Shown here: in pieces, positions 55,354-64,000 of the stretch
How positions within the stretch are numbered: the first letter of the stretch is position 1
Layout of the letters: each line of letters starts with the position of its first letter
Source of the DNA: Monocercomonoides exilis PA203
Taxonomy: Eukaryota; Protista; Preaxostyla
Reading direction: 5' to 3'
NCBI GenBank assembly: GCA_001643675.2
Contig: LSRY02000003.1
Coordinates: 2,232,001-2,296,000, forward strand
DNA: 64,000 nt
Made by a program: the position numbers and the translations under genes
The notes under the pieces: generated by a model
Database searches by the model: none
Told to the model about the DNA's origin: nothing
The model's input: only the letters and a program-made list of their open reading frames with translations

Positions 55354-56406
55354 TATAGTAATTGCAAAAAAAGCCAATGTTTGAGACGAAAGAAAGGAAA
55401 TGGTCTATTGAAAAGAAGTTATCAACTTCAAGGGTTCATTTTCAAATATTCAAAATGAATTTTCAAACCGAAATGTTTGACAGACAAAATAGAATTCAAA
55501 AATGAGAAAAAATAAATAGTTATTTGAAAAAAAGCGCATTCAATAAACGAATTCATAAACAATCAATATTTCAGTTTGTTGTGGTGTTTTTGTTGTTGGA
55601 AAATATTTTTCAATGTAAAGAAGTATTTTACTGTCTTTAATATGAATATTGAAGAAGAAGTGAAATCACAATCACCAATGGCAAAATGGGTTTGCCAATA
55701 ATCATTTTTTCAAAAAAATTTTTTCATGTAAATCAATCACTTTGCAAGAATTTTTGATGTGTTTTTTGTGAAACAACATATGAATTATTATTAATGGAAA
55801 ACAAATATCAATAATTGTTGTGAGGATTGAATATTCACAAAGATATCCACAATTATTCACGCTCCAAGAAAAATAACATTTTTGAAAAAATCTGAACAAA
55901 CAAATAACTCCGTTTCGACAACAACAACAATTAACAACACTTTCAAAATTCGACAATGGCAAACCACAAGCTCACCATTTCATGCACAAAAATTCTCATT
56001 TCAAATTATTTTATTGTGCAACAAATACAAAGAAAAAGAAAAACAAAGAACAGATATTTTTTATCAATCTTTTTCGACTTTACCACAGAAAGCACAATCG
56101 TTCAGAAGGCAAACAGAATGAAAATGCTCACAACAAATATCATAATCTCAGTCAACGCGTTATACCAATTTCAAACAACACTCATTCTTTCAACAAAATA
56201 ATTCATGCTCTAATGAAAATCTTTTTCTTCTTCTCCTGCTGCATCGCTCACTCGTTCAAAAATAATATTCCAAAGAAAACCCAGAAAAAAAGCAATTATA
56301 AAATTTAGATTCCAATAATGATCAATCTATCATCCGTTTCATAATCATCATCGTGAATGCACACTTTACAAATATAATTCTATTCTATTTCTATTGATTT
56401 ATTCTT

Positions 56407-57330
56407 TTGCTCACCAAAAACCCAATTGATGGCGCCATCCTCCCCAACCTCAACAGCACATCTACTTCTCTCTCTGCCTTCAACACATCTTTCCTTCACC
56501 AAACACGATCTTCATCAAATGCCCCTGTTGAACACATTGGAAATGAAACTCAAAGAGCGAAACCTGGAAGATTGACTTCATTTGATGAGAACAGCCATAA
56601 ATTTGAGTGGTGCGAATGGGAAAATTCAAGCAGTGGAAGCAGTCGTGGAGGTGCACTTTATGTCAACTGCAGCAATGCAAATCTCACAATCACTTCTTGT
56701 TCATTCAGCAATTGTTCAACAAATGAATATGGCGGAGCGTTATTTTGCAAATATTTATTAAACGTCAACATCGCAAAATCCAATTTCACAAGTTGCTCAG
56801 CTGCACATGCCGGAGCTGCTTATGTTGGCTGGAACCAGCCCAGTTCTGTTTGGACAATTCAACAAAACAGAGTCGAAAGATGCTCGATTACAGACTGGCG
56901 GAGCATAGGCTGGGAAATCGTTCTCGATAACATGACATCAGACAGTCAATTCCTATTCAAAAATTGTGTTTGCGCTGCAAATACTGGCGGTGATGCGACT
57001 GGTGCAATCTCATTCAATTGGCTTCCACCTGAAAAGCCAAAACAGTGCTTGCTCCAAGAGTGCCAGTTCTTAAATAATAAACTGAATGCTTCATCGATTT
57101 ATGGTGGCGCTGGCATTCATTGCACCAGGACATATGATTGGATGAATGAAATTAGATTCATCACATTCTGCTTCTTCGATGGAAACACAGCTGCAAATGG
57201 AAGAGGGAATGATGTGTTCTTCAATGGCAGCAGCATCATCCAATCTCCATTTGAGAATTGTGGCTCAACAACAGCATCAAAAAGAGTGTGGAATCAAGGA
57301 ACAGCTGATAATGCTGAATATAATGGCTGA
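56407..57330 (+). pseudogene. Beta-helix cassette c10 (right palindrome arm; same W->TGA stop as c9)
   Basis: Identical to c9 up to FEWCEWENS, then a different core, then the same 3' end 'TASKRVWNQGTADNAEYNG*'. Confidence 0.75.
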
Positions 57331-60300
57331 CCGTAGCTTATCTTTCCTTCTCTAATTTTTCCAATGAAAAGGCTTTTCCACTTCCTTCTCTCTTCCAAGT
57401 ATTTTTGCTTTCTCTATTTTCTCCTCTCCTTGCATTCTTTCTTTTCTCTCAAATTTGATAGTCTTTTTTCTGAATCTTGTCATTTGCCCCTGTTTGCTAT
57501 TTCGCTTCTCAAAATTACCCTCCGTTTATCCAAATTCTTTTCTTCCCAAATTCAACATTCAACTCGAATCTCCTCTTCGAAACATCTTCTCTCTTAAACC
57601 CAAAAATATCTTCAATCCTCTCATTCTCTTTTCCATCAAGCATGAATCCGAGATCAAGAATTTCTTTCTCTTTCTTTTTCTTATTTTTATTTGTTATTTT
57701 TTCCTTCATTAATATATTTCCTTGTTTCCTTTTCATTTCTCTCTTAATCTCTGATGCAGATATCAAATCATGAAGAAATTCAAAATAGATGAAGTATATG
57801 TTGAGGAAATTGTTGTGTTATATGTTGTTGATATATTTGAAGAAGAAGAAGAAGAAGAAGATTGTAATGATGATGAATGGATTGAATGAGACGATTAATT
57901 GTTGACAATTGAGAAGATGGGAGTCAATAAATATCAACGTAGAAATTCATTGAAATTCTCTTCTTCTGTTTCTTTTTCTTCTGCAGAGGAGAAACATCTG
58001 AATCCTTTTTCACTTTCAGCTCAATCTCTTTCTCTCTCTCCAACAAAAAATAGGAAAGATTGAGCAATTCCTTTTTCATTCCATGCCTTCTTCTTTCACT
58101 TCCCTTATTTCACAAAAAATCTTCTTTCCTCAAAAATAATTATTTGTCAAAGCCCAACGCCAGGCATCTTCGAAATATCTTGAATTTCATCTGTCCGTCT
58201 TTATTTTTCCTTTCCTGCTTTTCTTCTTTTCCTTCAAAGCCATCTAATTCCTCATTCTTTCAGCATCCAAAATAAAACAAAATTATAATCACTTCAAAAA
58301 AAATAACAATATCAAACCTTCTAAACATATTTTTAAGCCAATGCCTATATTTTATTCAGTTGGTATCTGTTTTCCTCCAATTCAATTTTATAATTCCTTC
58401 CGTTTTCGAGTATTTCATCATCTGATTCTCCTACCATCCTTTCCGTCAGTTGTTTCTCCATCAAATGCATCGATTTCTTGCTCTTCTGAAAAATGTGAAA
58501 TTCATGTATTCTGCTCAAATTCCACCCTCATCATTGAAAAATATCCTGTTTTTCGTCTGAAAATATCATCTCCAATTCCCTTCCCAATCCCTTCATCCTG
58601 GCAACTTTCCATATGAATTTGCTGGCTCAACTCGATGGTCACCCTGCACAACGAAATATCCCGCTTTCATTCATTTTCATTCATTTCCGCCTCCTGCCCT
58701 GAAAGAAACACAAAAACATTCAACAGATAAATATTCATATAAAGAAAAATAAATAAATACCAAACCGCTCTTCGACTGTATTTTGCCAGAATGCATATCT
58801 CGACAGCCATCATCATTCAAAAAGCAATCTCTTCATTTCAGTCTCAGTGTGATCAAAATGCAGCACTGAATGCATCTCTACAAAATACATCGTGTATCTC
58901 ACTGGAGGGTCTTCTCAGCCCGTACACATTGTGTTGCCTGTCAGGATGTGTTTTTTTTGTTTTTCTCATGATCCTCTCCTTTAATAATATTCTCAACCAC
59001 CCAAAAAAGTATTTGATGTTTATCTCATCAACACCAGGCACATGAGGGATATGGGGCAGAGAAGAGATGGAAGAGGATTATTTGTGGGAGAGGGTGGGAG
59101 TTGGGTGTTTTTTTGAATGTTAATATTTCAAGAGGGGCTTTTGAATGGAAGAAATTTGGAGACAAAAAGGTGGGGAAGAGCAGATGGAGATTTATAGAAG
59201 AAAATGTAGAAAACATATAGAGAAGTGACTGGGGATGATGAAAGAGGACTGATTGTTGATGGGAGAAATGGATTTTGAAGAGAAAGAAAAGAGGGCAAAG
59301 GCGGGAAAGAAGAAGGAAAATGAGAAATGCTCAAATGGAAGAGGGGTATTTTTTTATGAGAGGAGAAGATTTTATGGAAGAAAATGGGAAAGATGAAGAA
59401 AAGGAGGGGATTGATATTTTTCAGAGAATTTTGTGAGATGAATGGAAGAGGGGAATGGAAAGGAAAGGAAATTAAGAAATATTTTCATTTTTTGTTTCTC
59501 AGTGAAGTGCAGAACAATTTCAAAAAGGCAGAAACGAACTGAGGATGTCATCTTTCATCAATTAATTTTCTTCGGCCTTCAACAAATATTTCGATAACGA
59601 TTGTTTGCTCTTTGTCAAATCAACTTATTGAATTCGATATTTGGCCCAATCAACGACTTCACCCAAATTAATCTCAACGTCTTCTTTAGGAATGTCAATT
59701 GACTGATTGCGCATTTCCCTATTACCACATATATTCACATTTTTTCGACTTGAACTTCATCTTCGTGGTCATCGTGGAATCATCATCTTCTTCTCCATCT
59801 TCTTCTGATAATACTCCTTCATTCAATCGACCATTTTCCTCATTTCTCTATTTGCAAACACAAAATTCGCCTACTCACAATTCACCTGTTTATTCATCGA
59901 CAAGCACGCCTGTTATGAATCGCTAACCAAAAACACACAAAATCTTCTTCAGTCAAATTTTGCTTCTTCTTCACTTTCTTCTTCTTTGACTTCATTCTTC
60001 CTCTTCTTCATCTCTTTCATCTCCTTCTTCTTCTTTGACTTCATTCTTCCTCATTGATTCGAACATTGAAACAGCATCTATCTTCATTTCAACAATTGTG
60101 ACCCTCCTTTTCTTCTTCAACGCCTTCTTCGATGAACGAATTAAAAATATTCCTATTTCTATTTCATTCAACTCCCGTTAAATCCAGGGCCGAGCATCAT
60201 CTTTCATTCTTTCTCAGAAAGATAAAAGGCATATTTGTTGTTTTACGGAATATCTTTAAAAATTATTTTACAAATGAAATGGTTCAATGTCAAATCAAGA

Positions 60301-60663
60301 ATAGCCGATCATCGGGCACACAATCCATGAAGGTTGCCTCTGCATAATTTATTTTGAGATTGAAAGAATTACAGGAAGAAGAAGGAACAAGATTGGAAAA
60401 GATTTCTTTGAACAAACAGTTGCAAGGATGGTTTTCGAGAGATTTCGCAAGGCCACATGCCTTCAAAAAGTCTCAGAAGATGAAACGATGAGGGAAACTT
60501 ATTTATTTGAAAAGGCATATTTAACAGAAAATTCAATGAAAGAAGAGAATAAATGCCCGACAAGCAATGTTGATTTCATCAAATGCACATGTGAGATGTT
60601 TTCTTCAATTTTGTGTGCCATCTCCCCAACTTTCTTCGACTTTGCCTTCATTTGCACATAAAT

Positions 60664-63130
60664 TCACCGACAAGCCAGCTGATGAAATGATTTCTGCCTT
60701 ATGATCTGCACCTTCTTCAAAAAACCCATCGCGTTTTGTGTCCTCTTGTAGGGCATCTTTGATGTCCAACAATACATTGCTTTGATGCCAAGTATGTTTT
60801 CCATATGTTCATCATAAGCTGAATGCCCGTTGAGAAATATAAACAAATCGACATTCCAATCACCAAGTGCTTCTGTTCTGTCATGTCCAGCAACCGAGTT
60901 GTCTTTCTGAGCGATGCTTGTCATGAAGGCGAACAAGGGTTCCTTCACAGAAGCGACAAATGATTCACACACAAAATACACATCTCTTCCGACACTGGCC
61001 TTGTTGGCTGAAAACACGATATTGGTGATGGAAAAGGTTGTGGATGACACTTCTGAATCATCGTTGTACTCGATCATGAGAGCGCCGCCTCTTCCTCCAG
61101 AACTTGTATCCTCGCTCACAGAGCAGGTGGAGAAGGCTGTGTCACTCACTGAAAAGGAGTTGGCAGTGGAAGATGAGGCGAATGAGATGCACCCGCCATT
61201 GGTGGCTGTCTGTTGGCTGAACTGTTCTGAGTTGATACTGGTGATGGTGCAGTTGGCGAGGGAGAGGGAGAGGGCAGGGGAGGTGGCAGAGGAGAGAACA
61301 CAGCTGGTGGGGGTGGCAGTGGAGGTGATGTGGGTGATGTTGGAGGAGTTGAGGGTGAGGGGAGCGGTGAGGGAGGTGAGGTGGAAGATGCTTTGACTGT
61401 TGAGGGCGAGACTGGTGATTGCTGTGTGGTTGAGGGCGATGGAGCCAGCAGTGAGGAAGAAGAGGGGTGTTTTTATTGTTATGGAGGTTGTTCCGGTGAT
61501 GGTGGTTGTGTTGAGGTTGAGGGACGGGGAGTTATCGGAGAGGTGGAAGAGGATGGGGGTGATTTGATTTGAGGAGTTGTGGGAGATGGCGAGGGCAGAG
61601 ACTGTGAGGGAGCCCTGGGTCTGTTGGAAGAGGGCAGACGAGGCAGATGGATCTGGTGAAGAAGATGCAGATGAAAATGATGAAAATGATGAATTTGATG
61701 ATGATGACTGTGATGACTGAGAATATGAGATTGGTGGTTGGGGAATGCCACTGGAGGCGATGGTGGTGGCATCTGTTCCGTTTCCAGTGATTTTTGTATT
61801 TGGAGCACGAAATGTGAGAGTCTTTGTGGGAGTGAAAGTGGAGACGAGAAGGGAGAGGGAGGCATCGCTGAAGGGAGCAACGCATCCGAGAGCATACTCC
61901 ACTGTGGCACATGGGCGTTGCTGTGTTTTGCCACAAGCATCGACATCACTTCCACCATTTGCTACGATTTTGTTCTGGTTGATGATTGGAAGCCAGCTGT
62001 TGTATTCAGCGTTTTCAGCTTGTCCATTATTATACACTCTTTTTGTTGGAGTTGTTGAACCACAATTCTCGAATGGAGATTGAGTAATGGAATTACCACT
62101 GAAAAACACATCGTTTCCTCTGCCATTTGTTGCGGTGTTGCCATCAAAGAAACAGAAAGTGATGAATTTTCCTCCATTCATCCAGTTATATGTTGCATAA
62201 CAGTAAATGGCAGCGCCTCCATAATTAGTAGAGGCAGTCAATTCGTTGTTAATAAATTGACAATCATTGATCAAAAATTGACTAGGTTTGTTACTTGGAG
62301 GATAACGAAATGTTAAAGAGCCAGCAGAATCACCGCCAGAATTTGCGATGCATTTGCAGTTTGAAAACAGGAATTGACCATTTGATGGCATGTCATTAAG
62401 CAAGAAGTACCAGCCAGTTCCACACCAACTTGTTATTGAACAACTTACCACTCTATTTTCTGAAAATGTCCAAACAGAACTGGATTGTGGCCAGCCGACA
62501 TGAGCAGCTCCTCCATGAGCAGCTGAGCAACCCGTGAAGTTTGATTTTGAAATGTCAATTTTCAACAAATATACACAGTATAATGCTCCACTATGATCAT
62601 CAGATGAGCAATTGTCGAATGAACAAAAAGTGATTGTGAGATTTGCATTCGTGCAGTTGACATGAAGTGCACCTCCACGACTGCTTCCACTGCTTGAATT
62701 TTCCCATTCGCACCATTCAAATTTGTGGCTGTTCTCATCAAAATCAAACAATCTTCCAAGTGATTTTCTTTGAGATTCATTTCCCACGTGCACGACAGCA
62801 GCATTTGTCGAAGAGCGTGTTTGGTGAAGAAAAGAGGCATTGAAGGCAGAGAGAGAAGTGGATGGGTTGTTGAGGTTGGGGAGGATGACTCCATCGATGG
62901 AGTTGTGAGTGTGTTTGAAGAGGGATGAGTGGATGGAGAGGGATGAGTGAAGGGAGAAGGAGGGGATAGTATTGGTATTGGAGTTTGTGGAAGAAGAAGT
63001 GGTTGAGGTTGTTGAGGAGGCAGAAACGGATGAGGTAAGTGAGTGAGAGGGAAGAGATTGTTGAAATGGATGGGATTCGGACGAGGAGATGATTGAAAAG
63101 AGAGTATAGGAAGAGTGAAAAGAGAAATTT
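60664..63130 (-). CDS. Beta-helix cassette c11, longest copy (709-aa ORF call plus upstream homology)
   Basis: Only copy continuing past TKITGN, into ~370 aa of Ser/Thr-rich beta-helix rungs (NGGCISF, RGGALMI, FSANKASVGRDVYF). No TM segment before the stop, and no ATG start. Confidence 0.78.
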
Positions 63131-64000
63131 TAAAAATTCTTTTGTGTATGTTTGTGTTAAAGAAAATGAAATTGCTCAAATTGTTTCATTTTTCCTTCAA
63201 ATTATTCTTTTTGATGAAAAGAAATTGCCTTGTGTTATCTGCAATGAAAATGAAAATTAAAAAATTATAGAAATGAATTTTTGAATCAATAATTAAAATT
63301 TCATTTTGTTTCATTTTCGCGTTTTCATTAAAAAAACGAAAAGATCACATTTTCAAAAGATATTTATTTCTGAGAAAACTGAAAACACAAAATTCAACAA
63401 GAAATCGAAAAATATTCCAATAATTATAAATATTTGTTATCTGGCTTAAACTCAGCAGAAATTAGTGTTTATTAACTTTTTTTATCCCCACTTATTTGTG
63501 AATAAATAACTTAAGAAGAATATGAGGGTGAAAGTGAATTTAGGGATGGCTTTTTTGATTAATTATGAAAAATCATTTCATTATTAACATTTGGCGTGAA
63601 TATTTCCACTGTTTATAATTTTGAAAAATTATCTTTGAAATTCAAAAGAACACTTCATCTGTAATATTTATCGTTATTTGATACTGTATTTGCATTGACC
63701 AATCAAGGATGATGCATTTTTTAATGAAAAAAAGATTATATTGTCAATTTTTCATTAAAACTTTTTTTTTGTTTAAATTTCAAAAAAACAAAAATCAATT
63801 TTTCAACAAATTTCTGTTCCCACTCACATTTCTTTTCTTAAAAGGAAATAATTACATTGCTTCGGTTCTGTTTCCATTTTGGTGAAGTTTTATTAGTTGG
63901 AACAAAAATTTGATTAAAAAATGATATTTTTATTTTATTTGATAATTAAACAAAAGGAAGTTTTCAAAAAAAAAATTAGCCATAAAGTACTAGCAAACAA

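Larger units (their letters stand above)
52472..56629. repeat. Large inverted repeat: arms 52472-54449 and 54660-56629 with a 210-bp spacer; looser homology continues to ~51290 and ~57790
   Basis: Identical mirrored ORFs 53732-53914(+)/55195-55377(-) and 53141(+)/55962(-). The arm differences I noticed are homopolymer lengths. Confidence 0.92.
56407..64000 (-). repeat. Segmental duplication unit 3 (inverted; runs off the window)
   Basis: ORF 58341-58616(+) is identical to 34553-34828(-); 59699-59926(+) is near-identical to 33236-33463(-); 62900-64000 is the reverse complement of ~15360-16500. Confidence 0.8.

Noticed and set aside
52472-56629. Palindrome as a pure fold-back sequencing artefact
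   Set aside because: It has a unique 210-bp spacer and diverged but homologous outer arms with different cores. An artefact is unlikely, though reads are needed to exclude it.
12681-63130. Diversity-generating retroelement as the source of cassette variation
   Set aside because: No reverse transcriptase is visible. Differences are not adenine-restricted and include codon indels and block swaps.
11000-64000. Dedicated recombinase, transposase or retroelement ORF driving the rearrangements
   Set aside because: No tyrosine/serine recombinase, DDE or RT motifs are recognisable in any ORF in the window.

Overview
This is an AT-rich, intron-containing eukaryotic sequence in the standard genetic code. 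Its (GAA)n/poly-Ser runs, GTTTG/GTGTG intron donors and expanded Cys/GGA beta-helix family resemble an oxymonad such as Monocercomonoides (inference). Positions 1-10.6 kb are a compact housekeeping block: CFAP221-like 5' end, PHO80/cyclin-U-like cyclin, SAM-domain kinesin-13, PPPDE/DeSI isopeptidase and RBM28/Nop4. Positions ~11-64 kb are a repeat domain holding 11 paralogous cassettes (c1-c11, both strands) of a Cys-rich GGA(I/L)-motif beta-helix-type protein. The cassettes share near-constant 5' and 3' blocks around a ~200-aa core. That core stays in open frame but is hypervariable at six strand positions and is a patchwork between copies. Most cassettes lack a credible start or signal peptide and break off at one of two shared 3' points. 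They lie in ~10-11 kb segmental duplications spaced ~14 kb apart. In one duplicate the spacer between a divergent cassette pair is flipped, and a ~2-kb-arm palindrome leads into two cassettes with different cores. The best hypothesis is a recombination/gene-conversion-shuffled archive of variable surface receptor or antigen cassettes; this is inference, and no expression site or recombinase is visible here. Also present: a ~450-bp TA-targeting Tc1/mariner-pogo-type MITE (3 copies plus an empty site), an intact type I membrane protein gene and an IQCH-like pseudogene.
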